Shown here: positions 1 to 13,899 of the stretch, piece after piece | Layout of the letters: every line of letters starts with the position of its first letter | How positions within the stretch are numbered: the stretch's first letter is position 1 | DNA from: Amphiscolops sp. MND2022 | Lineage: Eukaryota | Direction of reading: 5' to 3' | Length of the DNA: 64,000 nucleotides | NCBI GenBank assembly: GCA_964187785.1 | Contig: OZ076415.1 | Span: forward strand, 22,010,001 to 22,074,000 | Position numbers and translations under genes: made by a program | Notes under the pieces: generated by a model | Told to the model about the DNA's origin: nothing | Database searches by the model: none | Seen by the model: only the letters and a program-made list of their open reading frames with translations

Positions 1-348
1 CCGTCTGCACTGCGATTGGCTGAACTCAGAACGGAATTTTCTGAATTTTAATCTTCGTTATGTCGTCATCAATTTCTTTCCGAAGGAGTATTAATTGTGT
101 AACGTCATAATTTTGGAGATGATTTCATTCCTTTTGTTGTTTTCATTTTGATTTATCGGTTTTGAATTTTGGGAGCGATAAGCTTCCACCAATGCCTTAG
201 TAGGCTAGGATAGGTATGGACAATTGGATTCTTTGGTAGTCAGAGTACTTCTGAATTTTCTGATTAGTGCCATTTTCTAGTGACCTTGTTGTTTCAGGGA
301 GCTCCCGTTGATTTTTTTTGTCCCTCTGACTGTTCTTTTCTGTTTTAG

Positions 349-3300
349 ATGGCTTTGAAGATTTGCTCCGTTGTTCTTCCGATATGGAGCTGCTGATTTC
401 CAGAGTGGCAATGAGACAAACCTTAACTATTCCGATGATGATGTTATCAGATCAGAAGGAGAAAGCGTGCGTCCCACTTTTGATTGGTAAAACTTCTGAA
501 TTACATGGGTAATTGGACTGCTGTCTTGGTGATCAGCCTTTTCAGTCTTACCTGGTTACCTGACGCGTCAAATCAGATCTTGATTTTCAGGAACTCAACC
601 TGCTACTTCCTCTGTTGCTCCCGGAGTTTTTCCGACTAGTTCTTCTTTTGTGGCTGAGAAGGTGCTTCACGATCCTTCTACCGTGTTACCACCAGGGTCT
701 TTTATACTGTCTTATGCTCTCCCACTTACTGTTAATGAGGTGTTAGGGATCCCGATCTCGCACATTCTCCTACTAGTGTCCCACCTGTTTCCGCGGACGT
801 TCCGATGGCCAGTTCCCTTGCTGTTAATAAGGCTGGCTTACTCGAGGCAGTGACTGATTCCCGACTGTTCCTCGATTTGGCGAAGAGCCTCACGAAGGTG
901 AGGCTGATCCCTCCGCTAGAGTGCCGAGCGCAAAGTGTGCTGTTTCGATTTGCATTGATTAGTTCCATAGTGTGCTCGTGATGTTAAATAGGTCGTTGAA
1001 TAGATTCAAGGGTGTCTAGCGAAAACGTGCTGTCAAAATTGTGACGCCTTCAAAGCGTGCTAGGAGATCTGCGCAACTTCTTTCATCTCCTCCTCTTTTG
1101 ACGGCAGCACCGGAGATTTGCATTAGTTAGTATTGTTTTTATGTGTTATCAAGATTCATTCAGCCGAACTCATTGTCATCAGTTGCCAATCATTCAGTAT
1201 GGACGAAAAAGAGGGGCACTTGTTGGTCCTTGTATAGTCCTTATGTGGGGTATGGTGTTGTAGGTCAAGATGAAGATCCCTTGTACGAATCCGCGGGGAT
1301 GGCGATGAGTCCCTGTGGCGATGGGGATGTGACGTTTTTGGTTCAGCAACTTGTGGATGAGGTGGGGAATCTTACAACGCAGACTATTCAAAGCGGTATG
1401 TATATAGTCGGCATATAATTTGTTATGTTTGTTGACTGTGTTGTCGTTTGGTTCCTGCTGAGTGTTCGTTTGTTGTTGTAGGCTTTCAAGGTCTCACTCC
1501 CAGGGTGGAAGAACGTCTCAGTGTCACCAAAAAACCGAAGACATACAGTAGTCGAAACATGTTGCGGCGCGATATGTTGGATTTGCATCCTGTTTACCGC
1601 AATTTCGTGTCAGGCCCAAAATGTGGTTCTGGCAAGTATTTCTTCTGCCGTTTGTGTCAACGTGATGTTGGCATGAAATCTCAAGGATCTGGTGAGTTCG
1701 CTTGGCACTTTAGGAGCGACAGGCATTGGATGAAAGACGTCACTTATCGAGAGCACATGGGACTTCCTGATTTGAATCGGCTGATGGAGCCCATGACAAT
1801 ATCGGAGAGTCAGCTGGTTGATTATAAATCTCGGGCTTTGGTGGATTTGGCGGAAGGGTATCCCTTTCCGGAGGATCTTGTACCCAAACACGTTACAGTG
1901 ACTTTCTAGTCTCTAGTGACATTCATGACGCTCGCTCGTTTCCAGTTTCTGCGATCTCCTTCAGAGCAGGGGTGACTATGGGGACACTTCTGGTCAATCC
2001 TCGGGAGCCAGAAACCTGACATTGCAGTGAATTGGAGTTATTCTGAGACCGTGGTTAGTTATTTGGTATTCTTAGTATAGTGTTTTTTTCTAGTTTTGCC
2101 TCTTTTCTTTTGTCTTTGCTGTGGTGATTGGTCGTCTTGGTTTCGCATTTCTTCATGTTCTTCGTTTGTTTCAGTCTTTCTTGTGTCAGGGGCTTGCTAC
2201 GCGGGTGCTTCGTCTGACTCTAAAGAGTGTAGTCAGTCTCAAGGAGTATGTCTTTCAAAATGAGAAGTCTGGAACTGAAAAACGCTTTTATATGCTCTGT
2301 TGGGAAGGCAATTATCTCAAGAAGATTTGCGTGAGATGTCAATCCGTGGACCTTCCGGTGCCTGATGCAGAGCTAGTGCCCTTGGCTCGAGTCGTTCATT
2401 GCCTCAGCTCACAGCGATTGCCTTTCTCCGTAGTGGGTGGTAGCGCGTCCTTGCTCCGAGTCTCGGGCGATAATCGCGATGACGATCGGGAATTTATGTG
2501 TGTAGCGCTTCAACGAGGACGTTTTTATGCGATGTTTCCGGCAAGCACACCAGGACATCTTCGGCATATTGGAAGTGTTGACAGCAGTCGAGTATGTGAT
2601 TCTGCGGCTAAAGAGTGTGGTTTACGAAGACTGGGTGGAGGACAAACCATGTTTGAAAAAATGTGTTCAGGCTGGATTGGCGGATCTGATAAAACTGTGG
2701 CCTTCAATCCGGCCTTATATTCGTTACACTGGACATCCCTACCTCGAAGATGTCAATGACAGGGTGATTGTTTAAATTTTGATGTTATTCTGGCAATTTT
2801 GTTGGTCCAGTGATGTTGTTATAACTTTTTGACTGGTTGATGGGTTTCCGTTTTTCTAGCTGCGAGGCACCGACTTCGAGTTAATCTCGGATAACTTAAT
2901 GGTGTTTCGCTTTGGGTTGCTCCGTTAGGTGCACAATTTGTGTGTGTGTCCAATCCTCTCCCGTTGACTGTTGTTTTTTGACTGATTTCACTGTATTGTT
3001 TGGTTTGTAGATTGTGATCTGTTTGTACAAACTGCTGTCCGTTGCCTCTGCGGGTGTCAATGCATAGTTGAAGTTTCAATCAATGTCAAGTTTGAGAAAC
3101 TCCAGCGGAATCGGGCTAATTACAGATTTCACGGCTACGGTGAAATTTGTAATTTTGTGTATTGTTTGCTTCTGAAGACCCGACGTAGTGCCGATTTGCC
3201 TGGTAACCAAGACGTGGAAGCATACATGGATCTCTCAAAGTTGGATTCCTTCGGTTCTCTGCCAAGAGACGAGTTCGTGGTGAACTATTTTTATGGAATA

Positions 3301-4253
3301 AAGCGTGCCGCCGGGAAGATGAGTGAGATCCGGGAATTTTTTGTGAAATGTCGTGCTTTCCAGGTTCATCTTGTGGTTGTGCTACTCCGGAACGTGACTG
3401 TGACTGTAAGTTGTCTCAGGGTGTGTACAGGTTTTGTCCCGAGATTTTGTTGGAAGGAGACGATAGTACTGTGTTTGGGCTGTTTGCTTCGTTGTGCGAG
3501 CTGTTGAAATCTTACGATGTAGTGACGGTTGATGAATCAGAGGCTGCTGTGGAAGATTTTCACAGTTATATTGTCGAGAAACGGAGGCAGCACGAGGGCG
3601 GGAGTCATACAGCTAGTGACATTCCGGATGTTATTCGATATCTTGTTCGAGATCTCAGTTTCCAGGCACTAGTTCACCTTTTCCGCGTGTTCAAGCTTTG
3701 TTGCCTGATCATTGGAGTACCGGAAAGTGTTCCTCCTTCTGTGGTCATCATCAATTTGAGTGGTTGTGCCTTCAGTGTGGACGCTTTTCGTGAATGTTTG
3801 CTGTGGTACAGTCGTATATCTTTAGTTGGGGTTATGCGCACCAGTCCTTCTTCGTAGAGAGTTCCTTGGATAGTGTAAGGGAAGCCATTGCAATGCTGGA
3901 GTCTTCTACGTGTCCCCTAATTTCGACTTAGGGCTATGAGTGCATCGTACGTACTGCATCGTTGGATGATTTTATCTGTCACTGTAGATCTTCATAACGC
4001 AAGTTTTTGTTGGAGCGCCGGAAATCTTGCGAGAGTTATTACATCGGTCTCAACTAGAAAGAATGTCCCTAATGAGCCTGTAACTGTTAGTCCGAAGTCA
4101 AAAAAGAACGAGGTTCAAGCGGGTGATACTATTGTGAGAGGTGACAAAGGCACTAGCGTGGCAAGAAAGCCAACTAAGGGCAAAGGAAAACATAATGAAG
4201 ATCCGGATGACAATCCGAAATTTTTGAAAATTTTGTTCCTTCCGGACTGTTGA
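349..4253 (+). pseudogene. Degenerate BED-type zinc-finger / hAT-transposase-like gene, copy 1 (antisense to Gypsy element 1)
   Basis: FVSGPKCGSGKYFFCRLCQRDVGMKSQGSGEFAWHFRSDRHW (C2H2 BED-like finger, ~1590-1730); many stops and frameshifts; candidate GT-AG introns 2054-2174 and 2764-2859; block-by-block similarity to the minus-strand gene at 29818-33764. The hAT relationship is inferred from domain order and weak motifs only. Start coordinate approximate. Confidence 0.6.
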
Positions 4254-4385
4254 TTTTCATGTGTTTATCTGCCATTTATTTGAATTCTTTATATTTTGGA
4301 TTATCTTTGTTGTTTACGAAGTTTTAGAGAAAAAGAAAAAGGACGCAGCCCTTCCGGTTCGGTTTGGCAATCTGATTGTTTCTAT

Positions 4386-7300
4386 TCATTCTTGCGTTTG
4401 AGGCATTTTTTCCGCAGTGACAGCGTCGAGCATCCGAAAATCTGAGCGTGCATTAGGCTTAGGATAAGGGCGTAGATTGTATCTCCCTGTTTCTTGTGGA
4501 TTGTATCCAATTACAATAGGCGGTAATTCCGACTCTTTAGGTGGACTTTCTATAGGCGGTGGGGAAATTATGTAGGTGTTGTCACCAATGTCCAGATTAA
4601 ACGACGTAATATCCCCGGGTGATGTTGTGTTTTCGGTTGAATCTCCACATGCGGTTGTTATAAACGCTTAATTTTTTGCGTTGTCTGTGCGTCATCATAC
4701 GGCACTTCTGTCATCGTAGCTTCTTCATTTTCTTGCACCGGTGAGTTTCCGAACAGGACTTCTCCGAATTCGGTTTCCGAAGCTTGCGCGTACCAATCGT
4801 CATGGTGTGTTTTAACCTCAGGACCTGAAAGTTGATCTTCCGTCTTGAGTGTTATGTCAGGTATTCGTTGATTGGGCACATATTGCCTTAAGCGAATTCT
4901 ATGGAGGGTTTAAGTGTATCGCGTTCCTGTTCTTCGTACGACGTAGTTGTTGGAGAGGATTTTGACTACTATGTAGGGACTGGTCCAAATGCAACCCTTG
5001 AATGCGATTTTCATTGACTGGTTATCAGCCTTCGGGTTCAAGACATAGCGGTAGTCATTGAATTTTAATGGCGTTGTTGTCGCTTTTTTATCATAGTATC
5101 GTTTATACTTCAAGTATGATTGCATGAGGTTATCTTTGGCCGCCTGGTGGATCTCGGCTGATTGTTTCTGTAATTTTTCCGTAAGTTCTGCGCTGTCTTC
5201 TTTATTCCATTCTGGCTTAAGTCCCAGTTTGATATAGAAGATGTTGTACGGAATTTGTCATGAAACACTCTCATGATAGCTTGTGTTGTAATTCATGACT
5301 GCAATTTTTACGTATCTATGCCACCTTGAATATCGTTCTCCCGTCGATGTTTGTTAAAACGTTTTTAGTGATGCGTGTGTCCCTTCGAGTACGCCTATTG
5401 TTTGGGCGTGTTTCGCTGATGCGTGACTGATCCGTATGTCAAGGGTTTGAGCTTTTGGTTTACAACCTCCGAACGGAATTTTGAGCACTTATCTGTGAGA
5501 ATCATTGTTGGTAGGTAACAATGGCTGGCAATACGTCGACTATGGAACGGTCGACTGTTCTGGCTGTCATGTCTTGGGTAGGGTATGCGAAGAGATATCA
5601 GGAGAATACATCCATCATCGTTATGATATGCTTGTACCCGTTTGATGAAGGTAGGTTTGGTAGTATATCGACTTCTAAACAGTCTTCAGGTCCACCCACT
5701 TGTGAATTCCGTGTTGCTATGCACCTTAGGGCGTATTTGTCGTTTAACTTTGCGTTTTTTTGCTATACTGTCAGGGCAATTGATGACCCAGGCTCTGAGT
5801 TTTCGTGCTAGTACCGGATCATCTTGGTGATTCCGGGATGTTTGTTCATTTTCCCGTGTAGCGTGGCTAGTAGTTCTGGTTCTATGTGCTTTGGTATCAA
5901 GAAGTAGTGATGCGTGCCGTCCTCTCCGTAATATTTTCACATGATGACGCAATCCTTCACTATTATTCTCTCTTCATTTTTAATTTACGAGGATTTTAAT
6001 TCCTCTGGGTTCAGTTTTTAGGAGGTATTTATCATATTTTTCATGTAGTAGGCGAATCTTTAGTGCCTTCAGGAGCGGGTCGGAGTCTTGTTCGTTACAT
6101 ATTCGTGCATTTTCGTTGATTGCTCCGAATGCGAAAACTGTTGAATTAAGTTGTATTTTTACTATTTTTGTTATTTCTGTAGAGAGGTTTTGCTGCTCTT
6201 TTTTGTCTATTGCTCGTTGTATACTAAGTGTTTACCTTGCAAAAATTTCTTGCTCTGATTCTTCTTCTTCATCTGGTAGGAAGAAGTGTTGTTCTTCATC
6301 GGCTAGGTCTGTTGACTGTAGATGGACCTCTACGGGGGCCATTAGGATGTCGTCGCGCAATTTGAGTTGGACTCTTTCTTTGGGGTTAGATCTCTTCTGG
6401 ACAGGAAATCAGCAGCAGTGATTTGCGATCCAGCCACGTGCATAATGGGGAAGTTAAATTGTATTAAATAGTCACAAGCATTCCATAAGGTAGGTGGGTG
6501 GTTTTTGTTTGAAAAACCTTCGTTACCGATCTATTGTCTGTTAGTACTAGCGTTGGGAGCTTTGTTTCCCATAGGATGTGACTGTACTCTAGAAAAGCGT
6601 GGTAGAGAGCAAGACATTCTTTGCAGTATGATGACATTTTGAGTTGGGACGGAGAGAACACGCGGGATCTGAAGGCGACTGAGGCGAACGTTTTTTTTGG
6701 ATAGTATTTTTTTATCGTCATTGTCTTCTATCATTAGTGCGTATCCGGATGCACTGAAACTAGCGTCCGACATAAGCACGTATTGTCTTCCAGCAGTGGG
6801 TTGTCTGAGTGCTAGTCCACATGCTTCCGCAAGGCTTGCGTTGATGGCTTTGAAGTCATTGACGAGTTCTTCTGAGATGGTGATTTTTGCATCTGCTTTT
6901 AGTAGTTCGTACATTCCGATCATCTTTTCTGACAACCGTGGTATGTTGTTTCGGTAGTAGTTGACGAATTCGATATATTTCTTAACTTGTTTATTTGATT
7001 TACGAAAACTGATACGCCAAGAAAATAGCGATTTTGTGATCTTGCGGGGCTACTTCGTTGAAGTAGTGGTTCTGCCAAGAAATTCCACTTGGGCGACTCC
7101 AAAGTGGCATTTTCGATCGTAAGTTTCAGGCCCGCTTTACGTATGCATCTGAAGACTGCTCGAATGTTCTTGATGAGTTGTTCCGTTGTGTTGGTGGCAA
7201 TCTCAATGTCATCCACGTATTGGGCACACTGGTCTGCTTTGATGACTGTGTCGAGGTACCCCCGCATGAAACTTGAGAATGCTGACAAAGCCCTACTATG

Positions 7301-10300
7301 TCCTTGGGCCTGCCTACGGTAGGCAAACGTCGTACTAGCAAAATTAAACGCAAGTAGTTCTACTGACCTTTGATATGCCATTTGTAGGCAGTGGTATGCT
7401 TGGGAGGAGTCGAGTTTACAGAACATCTTTTCCCCCGCTAGGTGTTGCGCAGCGTCTGAGAGGGCGCTGATGTGGTGATTGTTGTTTATGTACTCGTCTG
7501 AGATGAGGGCGTTGATCTTCCTCAAATCCACGAGTAGACGCAGTTTCCAGTTGAGTTTACGTTGGGCAGAGATGGGGCTGGCATGCTTGGAAAATGGGAG
7601 AGTTGTGATGATTCCATATCTATGCATTAGGGCCAGTTTCACAGTGTTTGTCTTTGAGGTTTATGGGTACGGGTAAGCTCTGTGTGTATACCGGGTTGTC
7701 AGTTTTGAGAGTTTAGGTTGTCATACTTTGAATTGTGTATTCATTCCGATGTCAAGACGGTGGCGGCGAAAATGTCATAGAATTAGATAATGATGGCTTA
7801 TAAGTTTTCACGATCTTCTCCCGTTATAAGTTAGTCATTCCATCGTACATGGAGAGGAATTGTGTTCGAAAACGTTCGTCTTGTTTAGGGTCTACGTGTT
7901 CTAGTTTTTGTAGTTCTCGTAGGTCCTTGAGAATTCGTTGTTGAATGGGGGCTTGTTCCGACTCATTGCCAGGATTCTAAGGTGTTGGGAACCAACATGG
8001 TTTCTTCTGTGTTGTCGGGGGAGTCGACTTGCATTGAGGCATTAACATACGCAACAACGTCGTCATGTTCTGTGAGAAGATTAAGTGCTGCTATGTATAC
8101 TGGCCGTATTGATTTCGTTTCTTCGGGCTTCAAAATCTGCAACTCTGCCAGTTTGTTGTGTGGGGTATAGGTCATAGGGGAAATCCGTTGTGTTGGCTAT
8201 TTTTTCATGGATACAGGTTTGTCACGGGCTGTTGTTGTTGCTGGGGCTACGATGAGATTTGCTGTCTCATCGAACTGTGGTATGGGGTTGGTTGGTCCCA
8301 GTTATTGGGTTGTCGTTACTCACAGTTATTGACGCGTGGATGATTCGTGTGGCGTGTGCTGGGATGGTGAGTATCCCCTCAGACTTATTGGGTTTGGATC
8401 TCGGGTTGCACTTTTGCATCTCATCTGTTAAAGACAAGGTGATTTGTATTTTCAGGAAGTCAATAGTACCTTGTGCAGTGTCAAGGATTGCGGAGTGTTT
8501 TCGGAGGAAAGCCAGACCAATTATTGGGAACGACGTTTTAGTCATGATGATAAAGGTTTCTTCGAGCGTATAGTTTCCGATCTTGATATTCATCGTATGT
8601 GGCAGAGGCGTTTTCGAGCTCGGTGTTGGCGTATTGTATTTTGAAAGGGGGTGGTGGTGCTTTTCCAATTATGGATGCCTTTGCTTCTTTTTGTATTTTC
8701 TCCGTGTATCTTGCGCTGAAAACATTCATATAGTCTCCTGTGTCAACTAGAGCGTCTATTTTGACGTTCCTGAATTCGAAAGGGGATGAGGAGCATCCTC
8801 TTTCTTTTCATAAGTGTGATTGCTGACCTTGATGGGATGTAGTCGTCATCTTTGTCATGTTGTATGAATTCCTTAATGGCTTTGAGGTCGTGAGGCAGTG
8901 TTTGTGGGCACTCTGTGACTCCCCCGTTGTTGTTGGGCACGGTTTGTGGCGGCGAGGAGCATTGATAATCTCTCTTTGTTGTTTCGCTTGTTGTGACCAG
9001 ATCGTGTTGTCTTCGATGCATATATTGTGCTCTGTGTCTATTGGCGTGGACGTTACGGCAAAAGGCTCTGATGGTATCGTTTTTGGCTTCTTCAGGATGG
9101 GTGACAATGGTGGGTTTTCCTGTGGATTTGGATTTTGTATTTTAAATGTTCGGGTTTTGGTATCATATATGGTGGGTTCGTCCCACGGATCACAGCGGTA
9201 ATCCTTGTCATAGATGTAGTTTGTGTCGGTTTGTGATTCTGGCAGTCGTCGTTTGAGTGTGGCATAATTGTCCGGATTCCGTTATTTGTTGGGGAAGTGG
9301 CGTTGGGTCGTCCGGATGTCTGGCGTTGTGACGGAAGATCATACCTACGTTCCAGCGTCGTTGCCAATCTTGGGTTGGTTCCTCATTGTTTTCTGTCATG
9401 AAGTCATAACGGTTTGGGGGGTCCTCGATTGTGTACACCCTCGCGTCTACCACTTTCTCGATGCGTAGGCATGGCGATCTTAGTTTTTGGCTCAACTTCG
9501 ATAGTGGGGATCGGTCGTTCGCTTATTTGACTTGTGGGTTTTGCGAACTCATGTGGTCGTCTTCTGGGGTCATTTGCCGCGTTTGCTTCGTTTCAGCAAT
9601 TTTTTGTTTTGCGGGTGTTTCCGCATGTGTCGCATTTTGGTTTTGGAGGGTCAGCGGAGTTGGGGACTCCATTTTGTGCTTTAATTTCATAGTACCCGTC
9701 TTTCCTCAGTTTGCGGCATTGCGCTTTATAGTGTGCATATTTCCATAGTGACCAGAAAACAGTTTCCTCGTTTGTTTTGTTTTTTCGTCACTTCCGGCGG
9801 GGCGACGTCAACTGAGTTTAGCGGAACGAGAGTGGCTTCGTCAGGAGCACCCAGGCCATTGAGGCGCATTTCTCTTTCGAGATGTCCTTGTATGGCTTGT
9901 CTTCTAGGTAAACCCGGCTAAGGATCTTGACATGGTCTGGCATTTTTGCATATATGGCTTTGTCTATGAACTTTTGCGCCCCTTTACCAAACGCTTCTTT
10001 TGCTGTTTTTTGTGATACGTCTAGGAATTCATGGAGTTTCTGTTGGGTTGGGTCGAAATGTAAGGAGTCCCACACACATCGAGCCTTAGCTGACAATTGG
10101 AAATCTCCGAAGTGACGTTCGAATGCCGTACTTACTTCTTCAAGGTTATCTTTTTTCACGTCCTCCAGATAAAAACACGCCTGGAGCGCGTTGCCACGAA
10201 GTAGTGAGTGAAAATAGGTAATTTTCTGTACCTCGGTTGTATGCGGATACATTTTGATGTTATTTCTGAATAAATCTTCGAAAAATTCGAAGTTTTCGGA

Positions 10301-10871
10301 CTTACCATCAAACACTGGTAGTGAGCGCTTTTGGCATAGGGGAAAAGTGGGCGGTTTTTAGATGTCCAGGTTGTTGTGCAAACAGTAGTCTCGACGTCGA
10401 GGGACGTTCATTGGGCGGCAGGCTTTGTGGGCGGTATGGGCGTGGTTTCTTTTCCCCCATATTCGTGGAGTCATTAAAGACTCCTGTCACCATGTTACTG
10501 TCATCCACCCTTGTCGTTTTTGGATTGGTCGTAGTAGTTCTAGGTTCTACAGATGTTGATGTTATAGTTGGCGGGGCATTTTCGTTTTCAGAATCAGATT
10601 CTTCAGGCACAGCTAGTGTAGCTTGTTTCTTAGCAACAGGTGCTATTAGTTTAACATTTCCATTTGGTTTTCAGCTAGATTTTTAGTGCGATCAGAGAAG
10701 TTTTTTTCTGAGGATTGATTTTATCTCCTCTAAGTTTTGTGCTTGGACCTTTGGCGATTTGCTCGTTCCCGCTACGGGGTTCTCATCTTGAATGTTCCCA
10801 CTTAAGGACGGTTCTTGCTCAATTGAGATCAGTTGTTCTACTGCTTTCCTTTTCTGGCTTCTAGTAGTCAT
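4386..10871 (-). mobile_element. Ty3/Gypsy LTR retrotransposon, element 1: decayed gag-pol
   Basis: gag starts MTTRSQKRKAVEQL at 10871, capsid-like FDGKSENFEFFEDLF; protease LVDTG ~8740; RT with YVDD at 7208-7219 and KLDSSQAYH; RNase H VLMSDASFSASGYAL / LALYHAF / VLTDNRSV; integrase ~5950-5150. Order PR-RT-RH-IN is Gypsy-type. Many frameshifts. LTRs not delimited. Confidence 0.93.
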
Positions 10872-11974
10872 TTTTGGAAGAGAAGAAGGGATTCTTCGGG
10901 AATGTACATTTTTTCAAAGAAAGATTTTTGTCAACGTAAAGTTCGCGTAACAGCAAAAGATTATCTGAATCTTTACATGTGTTCTAATCATATATACTTT
11001 CTCAGCATCATTTGTTCCTCACCTAAAAATTCCTAGGAATCTTTAAAATTGGTTTTGTTCACAAAAAATGTAATCTTTCTTAGTATTTCAGCCATTCGAT
11101 CATTAGTTCAGGTTTTAAAATTCCTGGTCACGACTGCCTTACGAAGCGTCTGTTGAAAACAATTTTGTTCAGCAATCCCATTTCCGATTCAGCTAAAGAA
11201 ATGGCGGCAAAGTAAAAGTCTAGTTGAAATTCTACCAAAGAAAGCACGCTGGCGTGAATAATGATTCAGCGCGTAAGCGGCAAAAATCCTCTTTCGCGTC
11301 AAAAGAATGACAAGCATAAAAATGGTTTCGATAGTCTTACGGTGAAATTCCGACTTCAAATGCCCAAAAATGTTCGAGCTATTTCATGGAAGGAACAAAT
11401 GATGCTTTAAAATGGCGTATTGAAGCCGCAAATACATGTTTCATAGCAACAACAATTGACAAACATCAATGGAAATTACCAAATTTCATATCAACAACAA
11501 TTAACAAGCATCAAAAATAACTACCTAATTAGGTTTCCAACAAATTAATCATTGAGCCAAATTAGGCGTTCAACCAATGATTTTCACAATAACAACACAT
11601 TTGGGTATTCAACAAAATCTTTCTGATGCGACTACTTCCTTGTCTTTACCTACAGTACGACTATTCTAGTCATTCCTATCAACCCGAGAATTAGGCGGAA
11701 CATAGAGAGCCTAGCGTTGTTAATTATTGATTACTCCGCAATGATTCCGTACGTATTAAGGTCAAGTACAGATGTCGAGATTAGCTTTTTATCTAACAAA
11801 TTTTTCCGTAGTTACTCCGTACGTAAAAAGACTGACTAATAGCTAGCTTAATAGTCTTCAATTTTACAATTCGCCCCGCAGCTACTCCGTACATATTGGT
11901 TATGATTGAAGGAGAGCAAGCGGAGTTGTGGCGGATTGCTTAGGCGTTCATTCTCTTACTCTTATTTAGTTGAC

Positions 11975-11988
11975 GTTGCTATGGTAAC
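11975..11988. promoter_or_regulatory. RFX X-box-like motif GTTGCTATGGTAAC
   Basis: Exact match to X-box consensus GTHNYY-AT-RRNAAC, ~1.1 kb upstream of element 1 gag; function unproven. Confidence 0.3.
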
Positions 11989-13899
11989 ATTCAAGTAACA
12001 CTGAACTAGCGTCCTATTGGATTGAGCTCAAATAGTACAGCCGAGAAGCGACGCTATCGGTCAATATAATTAGAAACAAGAGTTTCAGTCTCAGTCCAAT
12101 TCGCGTCCATCACGCTGTTGATATTCATTTAGATTACGTGCTTGTAATCTCAATAGATTTTGACAGCTACTTCAACTGCTTATGTGCCATCTCTATTGTG
12201 TTTTGTGTTTCTCTTTTAGATTGGACAATGTTATCTGCTGGGATCGCGGATTCAAATATTGATCACCGTTTTGTTTTCAGGGTGTAAAAAGGAATTAATT
12301 CTGTTTCGCTTTTGCCTCCTTTTAACCATCTAGGTCAATATGGAGAACGGTGAGGAATAAGACCGGAAGTAAAAAATTCTAGGCGTGAAATAATACACCG
12401 GAAGTTTTGTCTTGATAAAAAATCATTTTGGGTATTTGCGTAACTGTTACGTCTATTGAAAAAATATTTCCGTCTTAACTAGTTATCGTGCTGTGGTTTA
12501 AAAAGACAAGGTAGGATATTTAATTCTCTTTAAGAATCGTATTTTCCGTGGCCAAGTCCTGTTGTATCTCTGTGTATCCCTTCGCGACAAAAGTTGCACC
12601 GACCGGGGGCGGGTCGTGACATTTTGTACACAAAAAAACCTGGTACCCAGTGCAGACTTTTGTTTGTTGGGTGCAAAAGACAGAACAAAATGAAAGATAT
12701 GTTTTTTGGTTTGGAACATCTCCTTATTCGTTAAGTTTGCGTTCCAAAACCAGGCATCCTTTTGATGAACTGTTCAGTTATCGTCCTTATCGTATTGGAC
12801 TTATAGAACACGCCTTGCTCGCAAATCGAAGCCAACTGCGATTATCAGAACCCTGTGCATAAAGTATAATCTTACCGTATTTTACTCGGAGTGTTCGTTT
12901 CGAAATGTTCCTTGAACCTGAAGTGCAAACAAACGTCAATCGATGAGTATCGTTAAACACGTCTGCTCAATCATCCATTGAAACCAAAGCGAAGACTTTG
13001 AACTATTAAATTTTTGTATCAGCCGGTAATAATGAGACAAAAAGGTTAATCATAGAAAATGAAAAGGAACGAAAATAATTAGCGTATGCTAAGTTCTAAC
13101 TAGCGTATATTGTAACTAGCGTAAGTTAATTAGATGTTTTTTGGAAGGTCCTCCGCCGTATAACGATATCTTTGAGGGATCGTTCTGACGGTAGATTGTT
13201 AATGCGATACAATGTCTGCTCTCTTTAAAACAATTGCGTGAAAGTATGTACTTTTTCACCTTCTTCGAAGATTTTTTTTACTGCTAGATAACATTCACTG
13301 TCATCATCAATGTAGTGTATTGTTGGTCATCATGTCGCATACGCGAGACTGAGATGCCACACAGCTGTGGTCCGCAAATGAAGAGTGAAAAAAACCAACT
13401 GTGAAAATGTGAAACTGAAGACTTTCTCCGTTGATTTCAGCAGAAACAGCCTCGAAAAGTAATTTTTCTCTTTCATGTGGCAGAGATTGTATTAATCAAT
13501 TCGGTGCCATGTTTGTCATCGTGATAGGGTGATAGTTTTCCAAACGATGGAGAAACGTTCAAAGAAAATGTCAAACAAGGCTTTTTACTGATGCAAGCTA
13601 CTAACCTAAGTACCTTGATAAAACATATGAACAACCCATACAAGAACAATAGAACTACCGTAATCCAACGAAAAGAACATATAAGTAGTAATTTGTTCCA
13701 AAAGAGACCTGTCGCTCAATCTTCGGAAAATCGAATCTCAATTGCAAACTCAGAGATTCAACGAGAAATGTTTTTCTCCCAAGAAGCTTCCGGGTCACTA
13801 GTTGCTATCCGAGCGACAGAGCATTTTAGAGAGACGGCTGTGGAAGTTTCGCTGTTTTCAACTACAGGACCTTGTTTTCGAGGGCCACAATTTGAAAAA

